Source of the DNA: Chloroflexota bacterium
Lineage (GTDB): Bacteria > Chloroflexota > Limnocylindria > QHBO01
Reading direction: 5' to 3'
Assembly (NCBI GenBank): GCA_039932375.1
Contig: JBDTQD010000002.1
Location: 133-64,132 of the forward strand
Length of the DNA: 64,000 nt
Made by a program: the position numbers and the translations under genes. Of the stretch, positions 1 to 8,735 are shown in pieces. The first letter of the stretch is position 1. Each line of letters starts with the position of its first letter. The notes below the pieces were generated by a model. That model saw nothing but the letters and a program-made list of their open reading frames with translations. It was not told the origin of the DNA and made no database searches.

Positions 1-201
1 GGATTCGCTAACCGCAAGGGCATCTTTCACGAGCGGTTTCCCGCTCTACCCTTACCCAAACCTACCCATGGCCTTGCGATCAGTGGTGAATCGCTGCGCG
101 AACAGCCCCAAAAGGATACCTGACAGGTCGGGTATGGGTCAATGGCTGGGGGCTAAGAATCGTTTACATTCCGAAGCGCTTTTGAGGCCGATTGAGCGCG
201 A

Positions 202-885
202 TCAGCCGCCGGATTCGATCGTCACCGACTCGATGATCACGGGCTCGACCGGCACTCCATCCTGCGGATTGTTCACCGGCACGGCGCCGATGGCGTCGAT
301 CACTTCGGTTCCGTCGACGACCTTGCCAAGGATCGTGTAGTAGGGGCGCAATCGGCCCACCAGGTTGTCCAGATCGATGAAGAACTGGCTGCCATTGGTA
401 TCGGTGCCACCCTGGATCTCCCCAGTCACCGGGTCGTATTGCATGGCATTGGCCATCGCCACCGTATACCGGTCATAGGACAGCGCCGCGTCGGGCAGCT
501 CGACCTCGAACCCGTAGCCCGGTCCGCCGCCGCCGCGCCCCTCGAACGGCTTCCGATTCGTGCGCGTCTGCGGGTCACCCGCCTGGATGAGGAACCCGGC
601 AAGGACGCGATGGAAGCTGATCTGGGCGTAGAAGCCGCAGCGCGCGAGCGCCACGAAGTTCGCCACCGCGATCGGCGCGGCCTTGGGCAGCAGCTTGATC
701 GTGAATGAGCCCTTGTTGGTCACCACCACGGCCCGCGCGGCATCGGCCAGGATGGCGGTCGCCTGCGCAGCCGTCGGTGCCGACTTCGGGCATGAGGCCA
801 GGTTGACGCTCGGCGCGGGTCCTGGGCTACACGCGACGAGCGTGCAGACGAGGAGCAGCGCCGACACATGTTGGAGGCGTCGCAT
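202..885 (-). CDS. Cyclophilin-type peptidyl-prolyl cis-trans isomerase, lipoprotein (start at MRRLQHVSALLLVCTLVAC)
   Basis: Cyclophilin motifs (FHRV..GFLIQAGDP, GSQFFI); lipobox LVAC after the internal Met; ATG at 885 overlaps the upstream stop (ATGA). Confidence 0.85.
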   Translation of the reverse strand: MRRLQHVSALLLVCTLVACSPGPAPSVNLASCPKSAPTAAQATAILADAARAVVVTNKGSFTIKLLPKAAPIAVANFVALARCGFYAQISFHRVLAGFLIQAGDPQTRTNRKPFEGRGGGGPGYGFEVELPDAALSYDRYTVAMANAMQYDPVTGEIQGGTDTNGSQFFIDLDNLVGRLRPYYTILGKVVDGTEVIDAIGAVPVNNPQDGVPVEPVIIESVTIESGG

Positions 886-1988
886 CAATGAGCGTTGGGC
901 AACGATCGTCCGAGGAAGCCAAGCACCCATCTGGAGTATTCGGTCGAGCAGGTCTCGATCGACTTCATGTGTCCCGCACCCGGGCATGTCTCCAGCTCGG
1001 CTGTCGCTCCATCCTCGCGCGCGGCTGCCACCAGCTCGGCAGGATCGTTGCGCCCGATCGCGTCATCCTTCCCCGCCGCGATGATCAGCACCGGCCGCTT
1101 CCCGTAGCGCCCGATCGCCTGGACCGGGTCGGCAACCGTCATGTCCTCGCCGGTCCTCAGCAGGCCGCCGAGCAGGATTGACCAGGCGCCCGGCAGGGCA
1201 AGCGGGTAGCCGTCGCGCTGGAGCTGCGCCTGCAGGGCGTTCGCCAGGGTTGCGTGCGTCGAGTCAAGGATGACGGCGCTCACTCGGTCGTCGGAAGCTG
1301 CCTCCTCGATCGCCGCAGCGCCACCCATCGCCACCCCGAGCACCGCGATCGAGCCCGGTCGCTTCTTCGCGGTCCAGGCGACGACTGCTTTCAGGTCGTC
1401 CGATTCCCGTACGCCCAGCGTGGAGAGGCTGCCCGAGCTCTGGCCGTGATTGCGAAAGTCGAAGAAGACGAGGTTGTAGCCAGGGTGCAGTGGCTCCGCC
1501 CAGGCGAGCATCTCGCTCTTGTTGCCGTCGTCGGAATGAGCGAGCACGACGGTCGGGGCAGCCGCTGCCTGGTTTCCGGCAGGCACGAACCAGCCCGCGA
1601 GATGGGTCCCGTCGCTGGCCGTCAGCTCCGTGCCGGCGGCCTGCCCCTGCTCCGGACAGTTGTTACGATCTGCGTACTGGTCGAGGTCCTGGTCGGTGGC
1701 GATGTCGTAGTTGATCGCCTCGTATGACCAGCCGAAGGCGGATGCCGGGGTGCGGCAGTCGCCGGCGCGAGAGTGGGCCCCGAATACCAGCGATCCCTGG
1801 TAGCCGACGACGGCCAGGTAGACGACCAGGAGGACCAATGCCAGCGCCATCGTGAACGAGACCCAGCGCCAAATTGCTGTGCGGCGGGCGGACCGAGGGT
1901 CTGGTGGCGGCTCGTACGGCACGGGCCCGAGTATACGGTGGTGCCTTCGAGACTGGTCCCCTACAATCCGGGCCCGTGAGTAACCCAA
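885..1988 (-). CDS. Membrane-anchored alpha/beta hydrolase (start may be GTG at 1922)
   Basis: N-terminal TM helix, GxSxG-like VLGVAMGG, typical hydrolase-fold spacing; start uncertain. Confidence 0.7.
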   Translation of the reverse strand: MGYSRARIVGDQSRRHHRILGPVPYEPPPDPRSARRTAIWRWVSFTMALALVLLVVYLAVVGYQGSLVFGAHSRAGDCRTPASAFGWSYEAINYDIATDQDLDQYADRNNCPEQGQAAGTELTASDGTHLAGWFVPAGNQAAAAPTVVLAHSDDGNKSEMLAWAEPLHPGYNLVFFDFRNHGQSSGSLSTLGVRESDDLKAVVAWTAKKRPGSIAVLGVAMGGAAAIEEAASDDRVSAVILDSTHATLANALQAQLQRDGYPLALPGAWSILLGGLLRTGEDMTVADPVQAIGRYGKRPVLIIAAGKDDAIGRNDPAELVAAAREDGATAELETCPGAGHMKSIETCSTEYSRWVLGFLGRSLPNAH

Positions 1989-2467
1989 AGGTCACCAAGC
2001 CGGCCTCGCGCACCGTTGCGCCCAGGCAACGTGGACACTCGTTGGCGCCCGAACATCTCGGCGAGAGCGGGGGAGCGGCCACCCTCGTGGCGGCGATCGG
2101 AGGGATGTCCATCTTCATCGGCGCCGTGGGCGTGATGGTGGGTGGCCTGACCCTCCCGGGCAGCTACGCTGGATCCACCCCGCCGCCGAACCTCGGGCGG
2201 CTGGAGACCATGCAGGTGGCAGGTGGAATCGCGCTGCTGGTGCTCGGCATCCTGATCGTCGCCAGCACCGCCGCCCTGCTCGCCAATCTGCCGCGCAGCC
2301 GGGCACTCGCGACCGGCACGTCGGCGATCACGGCGCTGCTCGCCGCCGCCGGCTTCGTCCTGCTTGTGGGCGCCACGCGTCGCGACCCGGTGCTCCTTGC
2401 CGCCCTGGGCGTTGCCTTCGCCGCCTTCGGCGGCGCGGCGGTCGTCCTCGCGCGGCTGCGGCGCTAA
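1976..2467 (+). CDS. Hypothetical integral membrane protein (4 TM)
   Basis: Hydrophobic Gly/Ala-rich helices; GTG start preceded by TACAAT; paralogous to the next ORF. Confidence 0.45.
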   Translation: MSNPKVTKPASRTVAPRQRGHSLAPEHLGESGGAATLVAAIGGMSIFIGAVGVMVGGLTLPGSYAGSTPPPNLGRLETMQVAGGIALLVLGILIVASTAALLANLPRSRALATGTSAITALLAAAGFVLLVGATRRDPVLLAALGVAFAAFGGAAVVLARLRR

Positions 2468-2484
2468 CCCCCCCGCCGGCGCGC

Positions 2485-2934
2485 ATGGCGCGCTCGCCCC
2501 GATTGGCCGTCGCCGTTCTGCTTGCCGCTGGCTTCGTGCTTGTGGTGGCTGCCGCCGCTTGCGTGGCGATCGGACTGCTGAACCCGCAGCTGATCAGCGA
2601 TCAGCTTCCCCCCGATGCCGCCATCGATGCCCCGGCTGTCGGTGGGGCGGCGGTCGCGCTGGGGATCGCCACCGGGCTCCTGGGGGTCATCCACCTGGGG
2701 ACCGCCGTCGCACTGTGGCGACGTGTCAGCATCGCAGCGACGGTTGGGGTGGTGCTGGCGGCGCCGATGGCGATCCTCTCGTTCGGGCTCGCAATCGCCG
2801 CGCTGGTCAGCATCGCATCGGGAGCTGCCCCGGCGATCATCATGCTGCCGGCTTCGGTCGGGCTCGCAGCGGCGGTCCTCGGCTACGCCGCCGCCACGAT
2901 CGCGATCATGCGAGCCAGGGCGCCGGTGATCTGA
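2485..2934 (+). CDS. Hypothetical integral membrane protein, paralogue of the preceding gene
   Basis: Similar 4-TM architecture and composition. Confidence 0.5.
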   Translation: MARSPRLAVAVLLAAGFVLVVAAAACVAIGLLNPQLISDQLPPDAAIDAPAVGGAAVALGIATGLLGVIHLGTAVALWRRVSIAATVGVVLAAPMAILSFGLAIAALVSIASGAAPAIIMLPASVGLAAAVLGYAAATIAIMRARAPVI

Positions 2935-2977
2935 GGCTGGGGAGCGCCCTGCTATACTCCGCCACCGTCGCTCCCGC

Positions 2978-3054
2978 GGGCCCGTGGTGTAGCGGCCCAA
3001 CATGCCAGCCTGTCACGCTGGAGATCGCCGGTTCGAATCCGGTCGGGCCCGCCA
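2978..3054 (+). tRNA. tRNA-Asp (anticodon GTC)
   Basis: Cloverleaf: acceptor GGGCCCG/CGGGCCC, D-stem GUGU/ACAU, anticodon stem CCAGC/GCUGG with loop CUGUCAC, T-loop UUCGAAU, discriminator G, encoded CCA. Confidence 0.9.
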
Positions 3055-3062
3055 TTGGCCCA

Positions 3063-3830
3063 TCAGATCGCCGGGGCGGCACTCTGCGCAGCCAGGTGCA
3101 TCTGGTGGTGAGCCAGGATCACGTCCACCGCCTCGCCAACGTCGTCGGTGACGGTGAAGATGGTCAGGTCCTCCGGGCTGACCTTGCCCTCCTTGAGCGG
3201 CGTGGAACGCATCCAGTCGAGCATCCCGCTCCAGTACTTGGTTCCGAAGAGGACCACTGGGAAGTGCTGGACCTTGCCGGTCTGGATCAGGGTCAGCGCC
3301 TCGAACAGCTCATCGAGGGTGCCGAAGCCGCCCGGAAAGATGCAGAACGCCTCCGCATACTTCACGAACATCGTCTTGCGCACGAAGAAGTAGCGGAACT
3401 CCATCCCGAGCGTGACGAACTCGTTCAGCCCCTGCTCGAACGGCAGCTCGATGTTGCAGCCCACCGACACCCCGCCCCCGTCGCGAGCCCCCCGGTTGGC
3501 CGCCTCCATGATCCCGGGGCCGCCGCCGGTGATGATGGCGTAGCCCTGCTTGGCCAGCCGCCGCGCCAGGCTGCGCGCGGTCCGGTAGTACGGGTCGCCG
3601 CGCCCAATGCGGGCCGAGCCGAAGATGCTCACCGCCTTGCCGATGCCTGCCAGGGCGTCGAAGCCCTCGACGAACTCGCCCATGATCCGCAACGCACGCC
3701 ACGTATCGGTCTTCAGGAAGGATGCGTCGTCACCCTCCTGGAGGAGCTGCTGGTCCTCGGTCGGGCGCTTTTCCGCGCCGCGCATGACCACCGCTCCGCT
3801 TCGGTGCGGCTCATTTCGTGTGCTGGTCAT
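3063..3830 (-). CDS. LOG-family cytokinin riboside 5'-monophosphate phosphoribohydrolase (TIGR00730)
   Basis: Motifs GGGPGIMEA and PGGFGTLDELFE; RBS GAGAAAGG upstream of ATG 3830. Confidence 0.85.
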   Translation of the reverse strand: MTSTRNEPHRSGAVVMRGAEKRPTEDQQLLQEGDDASFLKTDTWRALRIMGEFVEGFDALAGIGKAVSIFGSARIGRGDPYYRTARSLARRLAKQGYAIITGGGPGIMEAANRGARDGGGVSVGCNIELPFEQGLNEFVTLGMEFRYFFVRKTMFVKYAEAFCIFPGGFGTLDELFEALTLIQTGKVQHFPVVLFGTKYWSGMLDWMRSTPLKEGKVSPEDLTIFTVTDDVGEAVDVILAHHQMHLAAQSAAPAI

Positions 3831-3977
3831 GGGGTACCTTTCTCGCTCGACAGGTCCGGCCTCGGATGGTAGGGTGAGGCATCGTTTCGTGCGGGTCGCG
3901 ACCGTGTCCATCGCGGCAGTCGCCTCGGCAGTCGCCTCGGCGGGACCCAAACCCAACCCGCTAGCTCGAGGATTCTA

Positions 3978-4610
3978 TTGCCGGAGCTCCTGCGCCGCAC
4001 TTCGCTGCGAATCATCGTCGCTGCGCTCGTGATCGGCCTGCTGGCCCCGCTCTCCGCCCGATCCGCGACGCCGCTCTCGCTTGCCTCGGAGCACCTGATG
4101 GCAGCCGCTGACCAGCCATCCAACTTCGCCGCCCGAGCTGCGGTCGAGGGCCGGGAACGATCCGCGGCACTGTCGCTGGCCAACGTCACGCCCCCGAGCG
4201 GCCCTGAGACGCTCGGCGACAACGCCGCGCTGGCCAAGCCGCCGAGCGCCCCGATGCAGGCGACCCTGTATCGACGCGCCAGTGCCGCCAAGAGCGTGGC
4301 CGCGCCGACCGGTGGCAGCGCGATCAGTGGCAAGGCAACCTGGTATTGCTGCACGCTCGGCTGGAGCGGCCAGGCCGTGGTGGCGCTGCCGGGGCCACTC
4401 GGCGGCCATTACGACGCGCCGCCCGCCGCTCATTTCGTGACGATCTGCGCCGATCGGTGCGCCGTCCTCCCGGTGGTCGACTACTGCGCCTGCTACTGGG
4501 GCACAGCCAGCCAGAAGGTCGCCGACCTGTCGCCGGAGGCCTGGGCCGCCATCAGCGACAAGAGCCGCTCGCTGGGGGTGCTGAGCGTCACCGTCCACCT
4601 CGGCGGCTGA
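3978..4610 (+). CDS. Secreted RlpA-like double-psi beta-barrel domain protein
   Basis: Signal peptide; C-terminal GKATWY...VVDYCAC...DLS pattern like RlpA/expansin DPBB; TTG start with GAGGA RBS. Confidence 0.55.
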   Translation: MPELLRRTSLRIIVAALVIGLLAPLSARSATPLSLASEHLMAAADQPSNFAARAAVEGRERSAALSLANVTPPSGPETLGDNAALAKPPSAPMQATLYRRASAAKSVAAPTGGSAISGKATWYCCTLGWSGQAVVALPGPLGGHYDAPPAAHFVTICADRCAVLPVVDYCACYWGTASQKVADLSPEAWAAISDKSRSLGVLSVTVHLGG

Positions 4611-4617
4611 CCCGCGG

Positions 4618-4758
4618 CTAGCGCGTGTAGGTAAGGATCGCGAAGCCCGCGACCAGGATCAGCGCCACGAAGATCACGATCAGCCTTGCGCCCCAATTGG
4701 TGCGGCGCCCCGGGAGTGGCTGGTATGGGCGGCCTCGACGCTGCGAGCGGCGGCTCAT
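4618..4758 (-). CDS. Small single-TM protein (46 aa, MSRRSQRRGRPYQPLPGRRTNWGARLIVIFVALILVAGFAILTYTR)
   Basis: ATG 4 nt after the upstream stop; basic N-terminus then one hydrophobic helix; below the ORF-track length cutoff, translated by hand. Confidence 0.35.
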   Translation of the reverse strand: MSRRSQRRGRPYQPLPGRRTNWGARLIVIFVALILVAGFAILTYTR

Positions 4759-4762
4759 CTGC

Positions 4763-5224
4763 TCAGCGGCCCCATTCGCGACGGAGCAGGAACGGGGTCG
4801 TCAGCGCCTCACGCGTGCCGACCGAGCGAAGCTGCTTGCGCACCCGCTTCAGCAGCTTGCCGTGGTACGTGCCATCTCCGTATGGCTCGTGCAGGCGGGC
4901 GACGTCCCAGTCGTGCGTTCCCGCCACCGCGGAGGGCGGGAGGTATCGGTCCAGAACGGCCTTCGCCTCGTCGATCGCCACGAAACGGCGAGCCCGATTG
5001 GCGTTGTCGAGCATGGTCAGCAAATCGGCGAAGCTGGCCTCCAGGTCCGTCACCAGGGTTGACAGCCGCTCCATGGTGCCCGGCATGCGCTCCTGCTTGA
5101 AGAGGCCTCCGAGGAGCGCCTTGCGGTCTTCCTCGCCCACGTCGGAGAGGGCGGCTCGCAATGCGGGCACGCCCGCCCCGGGGTCGGCAGGGGGCACCTC
5201 GTAGTCGTACAGGTGGACCATCAC
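4763..5224 (-). CDS. Hypothetical protein (153 aa)
   Basis: Start 4 nt after the DinB stop; protein-like composition; no recognised family. Confidence 0.5.
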   Translation of the reverse strand: MMVHLYDYEVPPADPGAGVPALRAALSDVGEEDRKALLGGLFKQERMPGTMERLSTLVTDLEASFADLLTMLDNANRARRFVAIDEAKAVLDRYLPPSAVAGTHDWDVARLHEPYGDGTYHGKLLKRVRKQLRSVGTREALTTPFLLRREWGR

Positions 5225-5228
5225 GAAA

Positions 5229-5699
5229 CTAGTCCTCGAAGCCGCCGAAGTTCCAGCCGTCCATCCGCGGCGGCTGGATCCCGATCTGGGTCAGGATGGT
5301 GGCAACGTGGGCCCGATGCTCGGTGGGGTGGTTGATCGCCTGGACCAGCACGACCGATGCCGGCACCTTGTCGTCCTCGAGCCGGAGCACGGCGTCAGGG
5401 GCGATCCCATCCGCAACTTCGACGAGCCGTTCCCCTGTGAATCGGGCGCGCTCCAGAAGCGCATCGATGCCCGGCCATGGACCGGGGATCTCCCAGCGGA
5501 CCGGCGGGACCCAGCCGGTGAGGTGCTTGACGTAGCTGCTCTCCCCGCGCACCAGGTGCACAAGCGTGTGGCCGAGCTCCCCGTAGGTGCCGTCCACCGA
5601 TGCCGCACGCTGCTCATCGGTCAGGTCGCGGCATGCCTCGAGGAGGCGCTCATTGGCCCACAGGTTGTGGCGAAACATCTCGGCGAGGGTTGTGGTCAT
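5229..5699 (-). CDS. DinB-family (DinB_2/DUF664-like) protein
   Basis: MFRHNLWANERLL and HLxxHxxxHR pattern; ATG at 5699. Confidence 0.8.
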   Translation of the reverse strand: MTTTLAEMFRHNLWANERLLEACRDLTDEQRAASVDGTYGELGHTLVHLVRGESSYVKHLTGWVPPVRWEIPGPWPGIDALLERARFTGERLVEVADGIAPDAVLRLEDDKVPASVVLVQAINHPTEHRAHVATILTQIGIQPPRMDGWNFGGFED

Positions 5700-5731
5700 G
5701 CGGCAAGTATCGCGCCCGAGGAGCCGACCGG

Positions 5732-5737
5732 TACAAT
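5732..5737 (+). promoter_or_regulatory. -10-like TACAAT 12 nt upstream of the fabI ATG (short or absent leader)
   Basis: Hexamer position only. Confidence 0.3.
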
Positions 5738-5749
5738 CGGCCGGCATCC

Positions 5750-6553
5750 ATGGAGGAGGACCCCGTTCGCATGCTGCTCGACGGCAAGAAGCTGCTCATC
5801 ACCGGCGTCCTGACCGACGACAGCATCGCCTTCAGCATTGCTCGGGTCGCCCAGGAGGCCGGGGCGGAGATCCTGCTGACAGGCGCTGGACGTGGGATGA
5901 GCCTGACCCAACGCGTGGCGAGGAAGCTCCCCATCACGCCGGACGTGCTGGAGATGGACGTCAACAGCCCCGAGCAGATCGAAGCGGTGGCGGCGGACGT
6001 GACCCGACGCTGGGGACGGCTGGATGGCGCGGTGCATGCCATTGGCTTCATGCCCCAGGACGGGCTCGGCGGCAACTTCCTGAACACGCCGTGGGAGAGC
6101 GTGGCACTTGGCTTCCAGACATCGGCCTTCTCTCTGAAGGCGATGAGCGCAGGCCTGCTGGAGCCAATGAAGGCCGCCGGCAAGGCCTCCGTCGTGAGCC
6201 TCACCTTCGACGGGCGCTTCGCCTGGCCGATCTACGACTGGATGGGGGTCGCAAAGGCGGGCCTCGAGGCGACCACCCGCTACCTTGCCCGCGACCTCGG
6301 CGAGTTCGGGATTCGCGTGAACACGGTCAGCGCCGGGCCGATCCGCACCATGGCAGGGAAGAGCATTCCCGGCTTCGACCAGATCGCCAATACCTGGCTG
6401 AAGCGCGCGCCGCTGGGCTGGGACATGAACGACGCCACCGCGGTCGGCCAGATGTGCTGCTTCCTGCTCAGCGACTGGTCAGCCATGACCTCGGGCGAGC
6501 TGATCCACGTGGACGGTGGCTACCACGCGATGGGGACCGATATTCGCCGCTAG
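5750..6553 (+). CDS. fabI: NADH-dependent enoyl-ACP reductase, InhA-type FabI
   Basis: LLDGKKLLITGVLTDDSIAFSIARVAQEAGA, HAIGFMPQ and SAGPIRT closely resemble InhA/FabI. Confidence 0.9.
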   Translation: MEEDPVRMLLDGKKLLITGVLTDDSIAFSIARVAQEAGAEILLTGAGRGMSLTQRVARKLPITPDVLEMDVNSPEQIEAVAADVTRRWGRLDGAVHAIGFMPQDGLGGNFLNTPWESVALGFQTSAFSLKAMSAGLLEPMKAAGKASVVSLTFDGRFAWPIYDWMGVAKAGLEATTRYLARDLGEFGIRVNTVSAGPIRTMAGKSIPGFDQIANTWLKRAPLGWDMNDATAVGQMCCFLLSDWSAMTSGELIHVDGGYHAMGTDIRR

Positions 6554-6559
6554 GCCGGC

Positions 6560-6943
6560 CTATTCCGGCGGCAGCTGCACGATCCCGATGATGTTCCCCT
6601 CCGAGTCCCGGAACCAGGCGGCCCGGGTCGGCCCCGTCGTCGCGATCGAGTCGACCGTCTTGAGGTTGGGGAAGTCGTAGTCTTCGAAGACCACGCCGCG
6701 TCCCTTCAGCTCACGTACCTCGGCCTCGATGTCCGGCGTCGCGAAGCCCATCAAAGTGTTCGGCGACTGACCCGCGTTGGGGGTCGGGTAGATGATGAAG
6801 CGGGTTCCTTCGGCGGCGTCATACATGAGGCCGCCGGGTAGCTCCCGGATCGGCTTGAACCCCAGCATCGCCTCGTACCACTGCCGTGCCCGACCGAGGT
6901 CGGCGGCAGGGATGGTGGCATGAATACGACGCTGAGTGAGCAC
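6560..6943 (-). CDS. VOC (glyoxalase/bleomycin-resistance) family protein
   Basis: VOC fold pattern, about 127 aa. Confidence 0.75.
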   Translation of the reverse strand: MLTQRRIHATIPAADLGRARQWYEAMLGFKPIRELPGGLMYDAAEGTRFIIYPTPNAGQSPNTLMGFATPDIEAEVRELKGRGVVFEDYDFPNLKTVDSIATTGPTRAAWFRDSEGNIIGIVQLPPE

Positions 6944-6962
6944 TGGCGACCTCCTGGTCCTG

Positions 6963-7379
6963 CTACGCGTTTCCGGCCTGCTGCTGCGCCCAGGCCAGGT
7001 TGACGTTGAACGGGGTGGTTCCCAGGACCCGATCGCCTGCCCGCAGCTCGATCCGGTGCCGTCCCAGCTCGCGGATCTGCAGTCCCTTCACATCGGCCAC
7101 GATGTTGGCCGTGGTGGTGTTCGGCGGGACCTCCATCGTCATCGTCGGCGGACTCTGCAACAACGGCTGGCCCGATGGTGATACGACCTGCAGGCTGAGC
7201 GCGTGCGTTCCCGGATCCGCCTCGAGCACTGCCACGATGAAGAACTGTCCATGGACCGATGGCAACCGACTCACCGTGATCTGCCCGAAGATGCCGATGG
7301 CGCTGATCTTGCCGTCCTGGGCGGTGATGGCGTGGTCGCAGATGACCAGGCTGTGGAGCTCGAGGCGCGTGTCCGCCAT
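6963..7379 (-). CDS. Hypothetical protein (138 aa, starts MADTRLELHSLVICDHA)
   Basis: Internal ATG at 7379 after Arg/Pro-rich junk; within the hmgA operon. Confidence 0.5.
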   Translation of the reverse strand: MADTRLELHSLVICDHAITAQDGKISAIGIFGQITVSRLPSVHGQFFIVAVLEADPGTHALSLQVVSPSGQPLLQSPPTMTMEVPPNTTTANIVADVKGLQIRELGRHRIELRAGDRVLGTTPFNVNLAWAQQQAGNA

Positions 7380-7410
7380 GGGCCGAGTATAGGCGCGAGC
7401 CGACGGTCGC

Positions 7411-8331
7411 CTATCGAGCTTCGAGGAGGCGCAGGCCGGCTTCCACCAGGCCGACGATGGGGAGCTCGGCGAGCTCGGCGCGGGTGAACCAGGCCGCCGC
7501 ATCGGTCGAGCCGTTCGTCTCGTCGCGGAGGTCTCCGCCGGTCGCCCGCACGCGGTAGATGACCTGGATCGCGTGGAATTCTCCCCCGCCGTTGCCGTCC
7601 GCTGTCGTTTCGGCGCGGACCCAGGACTCGACGCCTGCCAGCGAGATGATCTCGCCGGTCAGCCCGGTCTCCTCGTCCAGCTCGCGCAGGACCGCCGCAC
7701 CGAGATCCTCGCCGAAGTCGACGCCGCCTCCGGGGAGTGTCCACTGTCCGGGTTTGACCTCGCCTGGAGAGAGTCGGCAGAGGAGGATCCGCCCGGCATC
7801 GTCCAGGCACAGCGCGTAGGCCGCCACTCGGGTGACCCTGCCAGGCCTCTCGTCATCGACGTACAGGTCGGGGTCCAACAGCCACGCGAGCTCGCCGGCA
7901 CGCGGCTCGGGGACGCCGGGAAACTCGACACAGGCGAGGCCAGCCTTCCGCATGCGGACGGAGGCGGCGCCGGTGAGCAGGCTGACGGCGCTCGACAGGT
8001 CGGGCTCGTGACCGACGAACATCACCCTGCGTGCATCGGGGTGCGCCGCCATGGCACGCGCCAGGTCGCCCCACCCGGCACCTGGACGGAGCCGATCGTC
8101 CTCGACCGGAGATTCCCGCAGGCCCATGCCCGCCACGAACAGGTCGGCCGTGCGTCGTGCGCGAGGCAGGGGCGACGTCAGGACGAGGTCCGGGCGCAGG
8201 TTCAGACGGCGCCAGAGCGGCGCGGCTGCCTGCAGCTCGGCGACTCCCTCGGCGGTCAACTCCCGCGCGTCGTCATCCGACGCGCTCGAGTGGTGGCCTG
8301 CGGCGCCGTGCCGCAGGAAGTAGAGGATCAC
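7411..8331 (-). CDS. Fusion: histidine phosphatase (SixA/PGM-like, RHG motif) N-terminal + NUDIX hydrolase C-terminal
   Basis: LYFLRHGAAG catalytic motif; Nudix box GGGVDFGEDLGAAVLRELDEETGL; GTG start overlaps the upstream stop (GTGA). Confidence 0.75.
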   Translation of the reverse strand: MILYFLRHGAAGHHSSASDDDARELTAEGVAELQAAAPLWRRLNLRPDLVLTSPLPRARRTADLFVAGMGLRESPVEDDRLRPGAGWGDLARAMAAHPDARRVMFVGHEPDLSSAVSLLTGAASVRMRKAGLACVEFPGVPEPRAGELAWLLDPDLYVDDERPGRVTRVAAYALCLDDAGRILLCRLSPGEVKPGQWTLPGGGVDFGEDLGAAVLRELDEETGLTGEIISLAGVESWVRAETTADGNGGGEFHAIQVIYRVRATGGDLRDETNGSTDAAAWFTRAELAELPIVGLVEAGLRLLEAR

Positions 8332-8732
8332 CGTTGGTCGGGCTGCGGCGCCGGCTCGGTCCGAATCTTCCAGAACGAGTCCTTGAGCGCGATCCTGCCG
8401 TCGCGGAAAGTCCACAGGTCGCAGCCGCGGACCTCGAGCCGCTCGCCGGCGGTCGTGGTGCCGCGCAGCGTCCACTCCGAGGCGCCGCGATCGCCATCGA
8501 CGAAGTGCTCGTCCTCCTGGTAGCGAACGTCGGGGATGCCGCTGAATCGGGCGGCGAATCCATCGCGGATCGCAGCCTTCCCCACGAAGCGGGTCCCGTA
8601 TGCCTCCGTGCCGCGCGGAGATTCATACACGGCGTCGTCGGCGAAGTGCGACAGGATCGCGTCCAGATCGTGCGCGTCGAAGCCGGCGGCAACGGTCCGC
8701 AGCACCTCCACCCGGCGGGCGTGTTCGTCCAC
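8328..8732 (-). CDS. SnoaL-like/NTF2-fold protein
   Basis: NTF2-like pattern; GTG start 3 nt after the hmgA stop. Confidence 0.65.
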   Translation of the reverse strand: MDEHARRVEVLRTVAAGFDAHDLDAILSHFADDAVYESPRGTEAYGTRFVGKAAIRDGFAARFSGIPDVRYQEDEHFVDGDRGASEWTLRGTTTAGERLEVRGCDLWTFRDGRIALKDSFWKIRTEPAPQPDQR

Positions 8733-8735
8733 CCG

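Noticed and set aside
2940-3060. Integrated element at tRNA-Asp
   Set aside because: No integrase, recombinase or direct repeat of the tRNA 3' end was found. The flanking genes are ordinary membrane proteins and a LOG protein.
2364-3872. Very long ORFs in alternative frames or antisense (for example 2364-3872, 13660-15339, 16333-17715, 24494-27094, 61148-63253)
   Set aside because: Arg/Pro/Gly-rich translations are typical of stop-poor frames in 70% GC DNA. Each overlaps a motif-supported gene on the other strand.
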